Assembly: GCA_947501605.1 (NCBI GenBank)
Contig: CANMWZ010000001.1
Coordinates: 128,001 to 192,000 of the forward strand
From: Planctomycetota bacterium
Lineage (GTDB): Bacteria; Planctomycetota; UBA1135; UBA2386
Reading direction: 5' to 3'
DNA: 64,000 nt
Part shown: piece after piece, positions 28,060 through 37,835 of the stretch
Position numbering within the stretch: position 1 is the stretch's first letter
Layout of the letters: each line of letters opens with the position of its first letter
Made by a program: the position numbers and the translations under genes
The notes under the pieces: model-generated
The model's database searches: none
Told to the model about the DNA's origin: nothing
Seen by the model: the letters and a program-made list of their open reading frames with translations, nothing else

Positions 28060-29534
28060 ACCATCTGGACCCACTCCAGCGCGCGCTGCAGCTGACTCGG
28101 CGACGCTTCTTCGGCACGGCTGCGACCACCATCGGCGCCGCGCTCGGCAGCGTCGCCCTTGCTCACGACTTTGGCTTTGGACCAGCGTCGCTCGGCCAAC
28201 GGCGCAGCGGCGACGGGTCGCGGACACCACGCCCGCACTTCGCCCCCAAGGCCAAGCGCATCATCTACCTGCACATGGAGGGTGGGCCGAGCCAGCTCGA
28301 CTTGTTCGACTACAAGCCGGGGCTCGTAGATCGCTTCGACCAGGACCTGCCGGATTCGGTCATCAATGGGCAACGCCTCACGGGCATGACCTCTGGGCAG
28401 AAGCGCTTCCCCATTGCGCCTTCGGCCTTCGCCTTCACGCGCTACGACAACGGCGGCGATGGCGCCGAGATCAGCGAGCTGATGCCCTACCTCGGCGGTG
28501 TCGCCAAGGAGCTCTGCATCGTGCGCAGCATGCACACCGACGCGATCAACCACGAGCCGGCGATCACGTTCGCCCAAACCGGCACCCAACAGCCCGGCCG
28601 ACCGAGTATTGGGGCCTGGCTCAGCTATGGGCTTGGCAGCAGCAACCGCAACCTGCCGACGTTCGTCGTCATGATCACGCAGGGCTTCGGCAACATGCAG
28701 GCGCTGGCGGCCCGCTTCTGGGGCAGTGGCTTCTTGTCGAGCGAACACCAGGGCTGCAAGCTCCGCAGCAGCGGCGACCCAGTGCTCTACCTGCAAGACC
28801 CGCCTGGCGTCACGAGTCAAGACCGCCGCGCACTGCTCGACCTGACCCACGATCTCGACGCCCAGGAGCTGCAGCGCACTCTCGATCCCGAGATCGAAGC
28901 GCGCATCGCGCAGCAAGAGATGGCCTTCCGCATGCAAACCTCGGTGCCCGAACTGGTCGACCTCTCCGGCGAGAACGACGCGACCATCGCGCTCTACGGC
29001 GAGGAGGCGCGCAAGCCGGGCACCTTCGCCAGCAGTTGCCTGCTCGCCCGCCGTCTGTGCGAACGTGGCGTTCGTTGCATCCAACTCTACATGCGTGGCT
29101 GGGACCAACATGGCGACCTACCGAACGACATGAAGAAGCAGGCGACGGCCGTCGACCAACCGATTGCCGCACTGCTGACCGATCTGCGCCGACGCGGCCT
29201 CCTTGACGAGACGCTGGTCGTGTTCGGCGGCGAGTTTGGCCGCACCGTCTACAGCCAGGGTTCGTTGTCGCGCACCAACTATGGTCGCGACCACCACCCA
29301 CGTTGTTACTCGATGTGGCTCGCTGGCGGCGGCATTCGACCTGGCACCGTCTACGGCGAAACCGACGACTTCTCGTACAACATCGCCAAGGACCCGGTTC
29401 ACGTGCACGACCTGCACGCGACGATCCTGCACCTGATGGGCTTTGACCACGAACGACTGACCTACCGCCACGAGGGCCGCGACTTCCGGCTCACCGACGT
29501 CGCGGGCAAGGTCGTCAAGGGGATCTTGCGTTGA
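28056..29534 (+). CDS. DUF1501 domain protein (Tat-exported, sulfatase-like)
   Basis: TRRRFF twin-arginine; GGPSQLDLFDYKP, GWDQH, GEFGRT, GRDHHP; ATGA overlap with the upstream gene. Confidence 0.95.
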   Translation: MNHLDPLQRALQLTRRRFFGTAATTIGAALGSVALAHDFGFGPASLGQRRSGDGSRTPRPHFAPKAKRIIYLHMEGGPSQLDLFDYKPGLVDRFDQDLPDSVINGQRLTGMTSGQKRFPIAPSAFAFTRYDNGGDGAEISELMPYLGGVAKELCIVRSMHTDAINHEPAITFAQTGTQQPGRPSIGAWLSYGLGSSNRNLPTFVVMITQGFGNMQALAARFWGSGFLSSEHQGCKLRSSGDPVLYLQDPPGVTSQDRRALLDLTHDLDAQELQRTLDPEIEARIAQQEMAFRMQTSVPELVDLSGENDATIALYGEEARKPGTFASSCLLARRLCERGVRCIQLYMRGWDQHGDLPNDMKKQATAVDQPIAALLTDLRRRGLLDETLVVFGGEFGRTVYSQGSLSRTNYGRDHHPRCYSMWLAGGGIRPGTVYGETDDFSYNIAKDPVHVHDLHATILHLMGFDHERLTYRHEGRDFRLTDVAGKVVKGILR

Positions 29535-31360
29535 ACGAACCAACCGCGCTGCTCCAGTTCCTTGGCCGCTTGCACCCGTTGGTCTTGCACCTGCCGATCG
29601 GGCTGTGGATCGGCATCGTCGCACTGGAGTTCGGCGGCGCGATGGTGCGCCGCGCACCAGGCCGCGCAACGCTGGCGATCCTGGCTTGGATCGCGGCCCT
29701 CGGTGGCGCCTTCGCCGCGGGCTCGGGTTGGCTGCTGAGTCAGGAGCCCTACACCGGCCAGACGCTGGAACTCCACCGTTGGCTCGGCGTCGCCGCCGCC
29801 GCGATCGGCCTGATCGCCGCCTCCTTTGCCGCGATGCAGACTCGCGGCCCGTTCCGCCTGATGTTGGTTGTCGAGTTCGTCGTGCTGATGGCGGCCGGCC
29901 ATCTCGGCAGCGAGCTCACGCGGGGTTCGGAGTGGCTGTTCGAGCCGTTCGAAAGCACCCCCACCGCGACTACCAGCGGCACCACCGACAAGCCCGCCAC
30001 GGCGAACACGTTTGCGACGGCAATCGAGCCCTTGTTGCAGCGCTACTGCACACAGTGCCACGGTGACAAGAAGCAGAAGGGCGAGCTGGCGCTGCATACC
30101 CAGGCCCTGCTCCTCCTCGGCGGCGAGAACGGCCCCGTGCTGCAACCGGGCAACCCACTGGAGAGTCCGCTCTACGCGCAGCTGCTCTTGCCGGTCACCG
30201 AGGATCTGCACATGCCGCCCGACGGCAAGAAGCAGCCGACGCCAGAGGAAATCGCGTTGATCGGCTCGTGGATCGCAGCGGGCGCCCCCTTTGCGGCCAG
30301 CTTCGAGTCGACCGCGATGCCCACGGTCGCCGCGAAGCCACAGTTGGAGACGCAGAAGGCGACGACGCCCAGCATCGAGCCCGGGTCTACGACCAACGTC
30401 CCACAGCAGCAGCCAACGCACGACCCCGCGCTGCCCCCCGAGTCCGCGCCGGTTAGCCCAGCGCCGATTAGCCCAGCGCCGGTTGGCCCAGTGCCGGTTA
30501 GCCCATCGCCCGAGCCGGTTAGCCCGCCAAAGTCGAATCCGCAGCAACCGGGGGCGGGACTCTCGAGCGACGCCGCGCCGACGCTGCTCGCCGTCACTCC
30601 GAATCCTGACCCTACGACCGCAGGCGCAGCCGCGGTGCCAGAGGTCGAACCGGCACCCGCGCGCGTAGCGGCACCCGCGCGCGTAGCGGCACCCGCGCGC
30701 GCCGCGGCACTCTCGGCGCTGCACAAGCGCCAAGTTCACGCGACGGGGATCGCCGAAGGCGATGACGCTCTCTGGGTCGACTTTGGCCCCATCGCCGCTT
30801 CGACGACCGAAGACGAAGTGCGGACGCTGCTGATCCCAGTCGCGAACCATGTGCAGGACCTCGGCCTCTCGCGCGTGCCGGTGTCGGAGAGCACGTTCGT
30901 GCTGTGTGCGACGATGCCGCAGCTGCAGCGACTCGACCTCCGCAGCACGAAGGCAACCACCGCGATGCTCCGCCCGCTGGCGGGCGCGCCGAAGTTGCGC
31001 GAGCTGGTACTGGCCGATACCCGCCTCGATGACGGCGCCGTTGACGTCTTGCTGGCAATGCCCTCGCTGCGCACTGTCTACCTGTGGAACGCGGGCGTCT
31101 CCGATGCGGCCATCGCGCGCTTGCGTCGCCGTGAGGAACTGTCGGTCGACAACGGCAGCGGCGGCAACCCCACCACCACCGCCACGACCACCAAAGCCGC
31201 AGCCTTGCAGCCGCAGAACACCGTCTGCCCGGTGAGCGGCAAGCCGACCGACAGCCGCTACGTGATCGTGCACGAGCAGCACGTGGTCGGCTTCTGCTGC
31301 CCGAACTGCCCCAAGACGTTCTGGGCTGAGCCAAGCAAGTTCCCGGTCGCGGACCGCTGA
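29531..31360 (+). CDS. DUF2231 membrane domain plus cytochrome c, Pro-rich linker, leucine-rich repeats and YHS-like domain
   Basis: GRLHPLVLHLPIG, HRWLG, GHLG..LT.G; CTQCHG; HMPP; L..L.L..T repeats; CPVSGKP...FCCPNC. Confidence 0.88.
   Translation: MNEPTALLQFLGRLHPLVLHLPIGLWIGIVALEFGGAMVRRAPGRATLAILAWIAALGGAFAAGSGWLLSQEPYTGQTLELHRWLGVAAAAIGLIAASFAAMQTRGPFRLMLVVEFVVLMAAGHLGSELTRGSEWLFEPFESTPTATTSGTTDKPATANTFATAIEPLLQRYCTQCHGDKKQKGELALHTQALLLLGGENGPVLQPGNPLESPLYAQLLLPVTEDLHMPPDGKKQPTPEEIALIGSWIAAGAPFAASFESTAMPTVAAKPQLETQKATTPSIEPGSTTNVPQQQPTHDPALPPESAPVSPAPISPAPVGPVPVSPSPEPVSPPKSNPQQPGAGLSSDAAPTLLAVTPNPDPTTAGAAAVPEVEPAPARVAAPARVAAPARAAALSALHKRQVHATGIAEGDDALWVDFGPIAASTTEDEVRTLLIPVANHVQDLGLSRVPVSESTFVLCATMPQLQRLDLRSTKATTAMLRPLAGAPKLRELVLADTRLDDGAVDVLLAMPSLRTVYLWNAGVSDAAIARLRRREELSVDNGSGGNPTTTATTTKAAALQPQNTVCPVSGKPTDSRYVIVHEQHVVGFCCPNCPKTFWAEPSKFPVADR
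30446..30525. repeat. 15-bp degenerate tandem repeat (APVSP)
   Basis: GCGCCGGTTAGCCCA-like unit x4 plus a partial fifth. Confidence 0.8.
30651..30701. repeat. 18-bp tandem repeat (APARVA)
   Basis: CGGCACCCGCGCGCGTAG x2 plus a partial third copy. Confidence 0.8.
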
Positions 31361-31376
31361 CCCGCGAGCGCGAAGT

Positions 31377-32177
31377 TCAGCGCGCAGGCTTCGCGTAGCG
31401 TCGCAAGCGCAAGGCGCGAGCCAGTTGCGGCTGGAGGCGCTCGACCTCTCCTTGGCGCCCGGTGCGGTCAAAGCCGAGACCGCGCAGAAAACGCAGGTGG
31501 TCGCTGCGCGAGAACGAGCACGCGAGCTTTGCCCGGTGCTTCGCGAGGTAGCGGGCCATGCGAACCAACATCGAGTCCTTTTGCGCGACCGTGAGCTTTG
31601 GCGCAACCGACGCGCGATCGAGGTCGACCAGCACCGCACGCACCTTGTCGCCATGCCGACAGACGAGCACGTTGTCCGGGTGGAGATCGCGGTGCAGCAG
31701 TCCGGCGCGGAAGGCGAGCATCACGGTCACTGCCGCGGCTTCGATCGCCCAACGCCGCGCGTGCGGGTCGGCGCCACAGAAGGCAGGTAGCGGCAACGCC
31801 CCATCGAGGCGCTCGGTCAGGAGCCGCAGACGCCAGAAGGTGCGCTGTCGCCGAGCCAGCGCGGCGAGCGGCACTACGACCGGGACGCCGTCTGCTCGCA
31901 TGCGTTCGAGCACCTCGAGTTCGCGGCACACGCGCGCCGGCGCCGGATAGCGATCGCCCAGCAAGGTCCGCAGCGCCCCCCCACGGCGAAACGGTCGAAC
32001 GACCGCGCACAGCAGCGGCGTCAACTGCAGCGTGCCGACGCCGCCGCGACCGCCTACCATGAGCATGGGGTGCGGCTCGCACCACAGCGCTTCGTGACCA
32101 AGAAGGGCGAGATCCTGGCGCAGCCAGGCCACTTCGCGGCGGCTGCGCACTTCGACAAAGCCCGCAGGCACGCCCAT
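31377..32177 (-). CDS. lipopolysaccharide/Kdo kinase (KdkA/InaA family)
   Basis: GGRG, VVRPFRRGG, RE, HRDLHPDNVL, LVDLD; divergent from a GT9 gene. Confidence 0.85.
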   Translation of the reverse strand: MGVPAGFVEVRSRREVAWLRQDLALLGHEALWCEPHPMLMVGGRGGVGTLQLTPLLCAVVRPFRRGGALRTLLGDRYPAPARVCRELEVLERMRADGVPVVVPLAALARRQRTFWRLRLLTERLDGALPLPAFCGADPHARRWAIEAAAVTVMLAFRAGLLHRDLHPDNVLVCRHGDKVRAVLVDLDRASVAPKLTVAQKDSMLVRMARYLAKHRAKLACSFSRSDHLRFLRGLGFDRTGRQGEVERLQPQLARALRLRRYAKPAR

Positions 32178-32281
32178 GGCCCGTTGGCATACGTGGGTCC
32201 TTCCCTCGACGCAAGCGAACGCTCGGCATCGGCGTGTACTTCGCTGTTCCACCGACCCGCTGCGCTCGCGAAGATCCGGCG

Positions 32282-33364
32282 ATGCCGACTGCAGCGAAAC
32301 CCGCGACCACCACCGCGACGCTCGCCATGCCCCCCGCGCCGGTGGTGCCACTGCCCCGCGGCGCGCGCGTGCTCATCATCCGTCTGTCGGCGCTCGGGGA
32401 TGTGCTGTTCGGACTCGAGACCGTCGCGGCACTGGCGACTGCGCGGCCCGACGTACAAATCGACTTCTTGGTCGAGGACCGGTTTGCGAGCCTCCTGCAG
32501 GGCCACCCACAGCTCGCGAACGTGCACGTCTACCCGCGCCAGACCAAGTGGAAGATCCCGGCCCATCTCTTGTCCCTGCGTCGCACGAAGTACGACGCCG
32601 TGCTCGACCTCCACGGCATCCTGAAGAGCGTGGTGCACGTCGTGGCCGCCCGCGCGGTCCGCAAACTCGGCTTCGATGCGCCTGGCTCTCGTGAGGGAAG
32701 CGCGTGGTTCTACCGCGAAGCCGTGCCGGTGCCGACGCCACTGCCCCACCGCGCCGACCTCGGCTACCTGTTGCTCGAACGACTCGGTATCCGTGCCCCG
32801 CGGACACGTCCGCAGCTGTCGGTGATCGAACCGCCGGCGCGCCTGTTCGCTGGTCTGCCGCGTCCCCTCGTGCTGCTGCATCCGGGGACCTCCGCCTTTG
32901 CGGCGTTCAAGCGGTGGCCGATCGACCGCTTCGTCGAACTCGCCCGCCGACTCGCCGCGCGCGGCATCAGCATCGCTGTCAGCTACGGCCCCGGGGAGAT
33001 CGAGCTCGCAGCTCCGGTTCTCGCCGCCGTCAAGCAGGCTCGTGCCGTGGATGGTCGAGCGCTCTCGCTCCGTGGCCTCGCCGGTGCGATGCAGCACGTC
33101 GACGTCGTCGTCGCCGCCGACACTGGTCCCCTGCACATCGCCGCCGCAGTCGGCGCGCACTGCGTTGCGTTGTTCGGCCCCAAGGACTCGCTCCGTTACG
33201 GGCCGCGCGCCTTCGACCAAGTGGGCCACGAAGTGCTGTTCGCCGATGTTCCGTGCCGTCCCTGCAAGCTCCGCGACTGCGTCACGCCGCAGTGCGTGCT
33301 CGGGCTTGCCGTCGAGCGGGTCGAGGCTGCCGTACTGCGCACCCTCGCGAGGGCAGGCGCATGA
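32282..33364 (+). CDS. glycosyltransferase family 9 (LPS heptosyltransferase)
   Basis: IIRLSALGDV, DLHGILKS, LHPG, KRWP, DTGPLHIAAA, LFGP. Confidence 0.93.
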   Translation: MPTAAKPATTTATLAMPPAPVVPLPRGARVLIIRLSALGDVLFGLETVAALATARPDVQIDFLVEDRFASLLQGHPQLANVHVYPRQTKWKIPAHLLSLRRTKYDAVLDLHGILKSVVHVVAARAVRKLGFDAPGSREGSAWFYREAVPVPTPLPHRADLGYLLLERLGIRAPRTRPQLSVIEPPARLFAGLPRPLVLLHPGTSAFAAFKRWPIDRFVELARRLAARGISIAVSYGPGEIELAAPVLAAVKQARAVDGRALSLRGLAGAMQHVDVVVAADTGPLHIAAAVGAHCVALFGPKDSLRYGPRAFDQVGHEVLFADVPCRPCKLRDCVTPQCVLGLAVERVEAAVLRTLARAGA

Positions 33365-33831
33365 ACTCCGTGCCGACGACCGTCATCCGGCACCCGAAGG
33401 AACGGATCAGCAAGTGTTCACTGCGCTTCCTGCACGATCGCGGCGAGATGACGTTTCTCCGCGGCAAGCCCGGTTTCCGGTTCGACGCCACAGGGTTCAC
33501 GCTGCTCGCGGTCGATGGCGAGCCGCTGTCCGAGCGCGACCGCGACCGCCCGCTGTTGCTGCTCGACTCGACGTGGCGTTGGTTGCCGCAGTTGATGGCG
33601 TGCATCAGCGGCCAACCAATTCGGCGCTCGATCCCCGGCAGAGTCGTTACCGCCTACCCGCGGGCCAGCAAGGTCTTCGACGACCCAGAACAGGGGTTGG
33701 CCTCGATCGAGGCGCTGTACCTCGCGCGCAGGATCCTCGGGGACGACGATCCGACGCTGCTGCTGGGCTACCACTGGAAGGACCAGTTTCTCGCGAGCCT
33801 GCCGCCACTGCGAACGACCGGCGACCGTTAG
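33361..33831 (+). CDS. Tsr3/DTW-like aminocarboxypropyltransferase homolog
   Basis: RHPKE..SKCS, LLLDSTW, RRS.P...TAYPR, LASIEAL, Y.W...F; ATGA overlap with the GT9 gene. Confidence 0.75.
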   Translation: MNSVPTTVIRHPKERISKCSLRFLHDRGEMTFLRGKPGFRFDATGFTLLAVDGEPLSERDRDRPLLLLDSTWRWLPQLMACISGQPIRRSIPGRVVTAYPRASKVFDDPEQGLASIEALYLARRILGDDDPTLLLGYHWKDQFLASLPPLRTTGDR

Positions 33832-33843
33832 CATCCCGCGCCC

Positions 33844-34173
33844 ATGTCATCGCCGCCCAAGGACTCGCCGCCCGACAATGCGCGCGTGCGCGCCGCCATC
33901 GATCGTTACTGGCGCATGAACCGCCTCGTCGTGGTTGTGCTGCTCGTGCTTTGGGCAGCGGTGTCGTTGGGTTGTGGCGTGCTCTTCGCCGATGCGCTCA
34001 ACCAGTTCTCGATTGGCGGCTGCCCGCTCGGTTTCTGGTTCGCGCAGCAAGGTGCCATCCTCGGCTTCGTGGTGCTGATCTTCACGTATGCGGTGCTGAT
34101 GGCGCAGCTCGATCGCCGCTACCGAAGCGAACTCGCTGCCATTCAGAACGCTGACATGGAGAAGCCCTCGTGA
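33844..34173 (+). CDS. DUF4212 small membrane protein (symporter accessory)
   Basis: YW..N, PLGFWFAQQG, Y...M..LD; overlaps the symporter start. Confidence 0.9.
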   Translation: MSSPPKDSPPDNARVRAAIDRYWRMNRLVVVVLLVLWAAVSLGCGVLFADALNQFSIGGCPLGFWFAQQGAILGFVVLIFTYAVLMAQLDRRYRSELAAIQNADMEKPS

Positions 34174-36002
34174 CCGTTCGCGAGTGGACGCTGCTCTTGG
34201 TGTCCTCGACCTTTGCCCTCTATCTGTGGATTGCGTGGCGGGCCCGCGTCCGGGACACGCGCGGGTTCTACGTCGCCGGCCAAGGCGTGCCGTCGATCTA
34301 CAACGGCATGGCCACCGCCGCCGACTGGATGTCGGCGGCATCGTTCCTGTCGATGGCAGGCACGATCTCGTTCCTGGGCTATGCCGGCGGCGTCTATCTG
34401 ATGGGGTGGACCGGCGGCTTCGTGCTGCTGGCATTGCTGCTCGCGCCCTACCTGCGCAAGTTCGGCCACTACACGGTGCCCGATTTCGTCGGCGACCGCT
34501 TCGAGTCGCCAATCGCGCGACTCTGTGCCGTGTTCTGCGCGCTCTTCATCAGCTTCACCTACGTCGCCGGCCAGATGCGTGGTGTCGGCATCGTGTTCGC
34601 GCGCTTCCTCGAAGTGGACGTCGACGTCGGAGTCGGGCTCGGCATGGCGATCGTGTTCGTCTACAGCACGCTCGGGGGCATGAAGGGGATCACCTGGACG
34701 CAGGTGGCGCAGTACTGGGTGTTGATCACCGCCTTCTTGGTTCCGGCCATCGCCATCAGCATTCAACTGACCGGGCACGCGATCCCGTCCGCGGGGCTGT
34801 GCGGCGATCTCCTCGAGCACGGTGTGCCGCTGCTGCAGAAGCTCGACGAGGTGCAGAAGGAACTCGGCTTTGCGTCGTACACCGAAGCCTTCCAAGGCGG
34901 CTTTGGTCGCCTCGAGGTGTTCTGCACGGCGCTCGCGCTGATGGCCGGAACCGCCGGCTTGCCGCACGTGATCGTGCGCTTCTACACGGTCAAGAACGTC
35001 GCCGCCGCGCGCTGGTCGGGCTTCTGGGCACTGTTGTTCATCGCGCTGCTCTACCTCACGGCCCCGGCAACCGCGGCCTTCGCCCGCTGGTACATGATCG
35101 ACAGTCTGCACGGCAAGACCGCGGCGCAGCTCCCGCAGTGGTTCCACAGTTGGGAGTCGACGGGCCTGATCACCTGGCTCGATGACGGCGACGGCAAGGT
35201 GGCCTACCACGGCGGCGCCCAACGAGACGACAACGAGCTGTTTCGCATCGGCTCGATCTCGCGCGCCAGTTTCACCGCGCTGCGCGATGAGCACCGCACC
35301 TGGATCGACAGTCGCGGCGCCCGTGGCACCGACTCACGCATCGAGTTGCGGTCCAAGGGTCTCGACGCGCCGGACGCCGACATCCTCGTGTTGGCGACGC
35401 CGGAGATGGCACGGCTCGCAAGTTGGATGATCGCCTTGGTCGCGGCCGGCGGCCTCGCCGCGGCACTGTCGACGGCGTCAGGGCTGCTCCTCGTGATCTC
35501 CAGCAGCGTTGCGCACGACGTCTACTACAAGCTGCTGCGGCCAGCAGCGAGCGAGGCCCAGCGGCTGCGCGTCGGACGTGCGGCGATCGGCGTCGCCGTC
35601 ATCTTGGCCGGCGTGATCGGCATCTTCCCACCCGGCTTCGTCTCACAGGTCGTCGCGTTCGCGTTCGGCCTCGCGGCCTCGAGCTTCTTCCCGGTCCTCG
35701 TCCTCGGGGTGTTCAGCAAGCGCGTCGGCACAGTGCCGGCGATGGCCGGCATGATCGTCGGCATCGGCTTCACCGCGACCTACATCCTCGGCAACCTCTA
35801 CTTCGGCATGCCGCGCTGGTGCCTGGGGCTCGGGCCACAGGGCATCGGGGCCATCGGCATGGTGCTGAACTTCGCCGTCGCCCTCGGACTCACGCCCTTC
35901 TGCGCGCCGCCGTCCGCCGAGGTCCAGCGCATGGTTGAGCGGATCCGCGAACCCGAAGACGCGGGTGCAGCACGTCTCGTCGAGACCACTCGCGAGCACT
36001 GA
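34170..36002 (+). CDS. sodium:solute symporter (ActP/VC_2705-like)
   Basis: NGMATAADWMSAASF, APYLRKFG.YTVPDF.GDR, GTAGLPHVIVRFYTV, AGGLAAALSTASGLL. Confidence 0.95.
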   Translation: MTVREWTLLLVSSTFALYLWIAWRARVRDTRGFYVAGQGVPSIYNGMATAADWMSAASFLSMAGTISFLGYAGGVYLMGWTGGFVLLALLLAPYLRKFGHYTVPDFVGDRFESPIARLCAVFCALFISFTYVAGQMRGVGIVFARFLEVDVDVGVGLGMAIVFVYSTLGGMKGITWTQVAQYWVLITAFLVPAIAISIQLTGHAIPSAGLCGDLLEHGVPLLQKLDEVQKELGFASYTEAFQGGFGRLEVFCTALALMAGTAGLPHVIVRFYTVKNVAAARWSGFWALLFIALLYLTAPATAAFARWYMIDSLHGKTAAQLPQWFHSWESTGLITWLDDGDGKVAYHGGAQRDDNELFRIGSISRASFTALRDEHRTWIDSRGARGTDSRIELRSKGLDAPDADILVLATPEMARLASWMIALVAAGGLAAALSTASGLLLVISSSVAHDVYYKLLRPAASEAQRLRVGRAAIGVAVILAGVIGIFPPGFVSQVVAFAFGLAASSFFPVLVLGVFSKRVGTVPAMAGMIVGIGFTATYILGNLYFGMPRWCLGLGPQGIGAIGMVLNFAVALGLTPFCAPPSAEVQRMVERIREPEDAGAARLVETTREH

Positions 36003-36125
36003 CCCTGCAGTCCCGCGCCGGAAGGGCCTGAGCACTTCGCGTCCTCGACCGCGACGCGGCTCGTGCGACGCAGAGATCGGACCGGCTACCGCGCGCGCAG
36101 GCAGGATGCGCTCTTCAACAGGCTG

Positions 36126-36809
36126 CTAGACCACGTTCTTGCGCTGCCGATCCGTGATCGGCCACACGCCTTCCTGCTGCAGCCTTGCGACCAACACCTT
36201 CTGATCCGTGGCCCGCGCGAACGTCACGTCGGCCTCGGTCACACCGACGAGCAGAAGCCACTCGACCTGGCCCGACGGCAGTTCAAACGTCGGTTCGATG
36301 TGCGTCGGCGCTTCCACCAGCGCCCAGGTGACCGCGCAGTCCTTGTCGCCATCGATGGGACCGCCGAGCGGAACGCGCTGCGTCGGGGCCATTGGCTGCC
36401 CCTGCACGGCGCCAGTGGCGACCAGGAGCTGCCACGCCATCAAGTGGTGCAGCACCGGAATCGCCCAGTCAGCGCGGTCGTTGGTGCACAGCAGCAACTC
36501 GAAGCCGATGCCGGAATGGCCAGAAGGGTCGCGGCCCTCTGACTCCAGGTTCCACGGATTGCTCAGGCCTGACGTGACGTAGGCCCAGTGGGCACGGGCC
36601 CCGTGCGGTGGGCAGGCGAAGACACCATGGTGCAGCCAGCCGGGATGACGTGGCGTCTGCTTCAACCTTGCGAAGTGTGCGGCCGTCGCCGGGAACACGC
36701 CGTTGCCGAGGTCGCCGAACAGCGCGCGATAGACGCGATCCTCGCGATCCGCCCACACACCTTCGAACCACTTCTGCCATGCCTGGCCGCCGTCTGGAGC
36801 ATTGCTCAT
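36126..36809 (-). CDS. suppressor-of-fused (SUFU) domain protein
   Basis: WAYVTSGLSNP, SGIGFEL, G.V.WL.LVGVT..(D/E). Confidence 0.8.
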   Translation of the reverse strand: MSNAPDGGQAWQKWFEGVWADREDRVYRALFGDLGNGVFPATAAHFARLKQTPRHPGWLHHGVFACPPHGARAHWAYVTSGLSNPWNLESEGRDPSGHSGIGFELLLCTNDRADWAIPVLHHLMAWQLLVATGAVQGQPMAPTQRVPLGGPIDGDKDCAVTWALVEAPTHIEPTFELPSGQVEWLLLVGVTEADVTFARATDQKVLVARLQQEGVWPITDRQRKNVV

Positions 36810-37052
36810 CGGTCACAGCCTCGCCGTTCGCCAGCCGCGCTGCAACAGCCCGTCGCGACCGTTGGCTGGCGGCTCGCGGGTGGCGGCCTCCGATCTAGCC
36901 CGCCGGTGCGGCCAAGCGACGGCGAGAGAGGGCAACCAACGAATTCAGCGCAAACACGGAGGCTCCCGCTCGGACGGGTGCGGGAACGCGGCTGTCGGAC
37001 TTCGAGGCCGACCGCTGGTGCTTGGCGCCGCCACTTCTACAGTCCCGCGCCG

Positions 37053-37742
37053 ATGAACAAGAAGGCAAGAGCGGAGCGCATTGCCTCGATCCTCGACGAG
37101 CACTTTCCGCACCCGCCGGTGCCCCTGCAGCACGAGGACCCGTTCACGTTGCTGATCGCCGTGCTGCTGTCGGCGCAGTGCACGGACGCACGCGTGAACC
37201 AAGTCACACCGGCCCTGTTCGCGTTGGCGCGCACGCCCGAGGCCATGCGGCACCTACCGATCGAGACTATTCGCGGCATCGTGCGCCCGTGCGGTCTGTC
37301 GCCGCAGAAATCGACGGCGATCTCAGGCCTCAGTGCCATCCTCGTGCGCGAGCACGGGGGCCTGGTGCCCAACGACCTCGACGCTCTGGAGCGACTTCCT
37401 GGTGTCGGCCACAAGACGGCGAGCGTCGTATTGGCGCAGGCATTCGGTGTCCCGACGTTTCCGATCGACACCCACATCCACCGACTCGCATGGCGCTGGG
37501 GGCTGTCGTCAGGGCACAGCGTCGAACGGACGGAACGCGACCTGCGGCGCACGTTTGGCAAGCAGCACTGGAACAAGCTGCACCTGCAGATCATCCACTT
37601 CGGCCGCGCCTATTGCCCGGCGATCCAACATGTGGTGACGTCGTGCCCGATCTGCTCCTTTGCGATGAGTGCTTCGCGGCAACAGCAGGAAACCAAGCGA
37701 CGCGCCGCCGCGCGCGGCCGACGTGGCGGCCGCAGCCGCTAG
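37053..37742 (+). CDS. nth: endonuclease III
   Basis: LLIAVLLSAQCTD.RVN, HhH motif LPGVGHKTA, DTHIHR, C-terminal Cys cluster. Confidence 0.95.
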   Translation: MNKKARAERIASILDEHFPHPPVPLQHEDPFTLLIAVLLSAQCTDARVNQVTPALFALARTPEAMRHLPIETIRGIVRPCGLSPQKSTAISGLSAILVREHGGLVPNDLDALERLPGVGHKTASVVLAQAFGVPTFPIDTHIHRLAWRWGLSSGHSVERTERDLRRTFGKQHWNKLHLQIIHFGRAYCPAIQHVVTSCPICSFAMSASRQQQETKRRAAARGRRGGRSR

Positions 37743-37835
37743 GGCGTGGGCAAACCACTGCTAGGGCATCGACGAGCCCCGTCGAGCCAAGGTCCGTTGC
37801 GCGACTCGCGGGCAGCGGGCGCCGCACCCGCCACG

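Noticed and set aside
30446..30701. CRISPR-like array
   Set aside because: Repeats are 15-18 bp, contiguous without spacers, in-frame within a CDS, and there are no cas genes
36126..36809. SUFU protein as the immunity gene of a polymorphic toxin locus
   Set aside because: No toxin or secretion gene is adjacent; the neighbours are a symporter and nth
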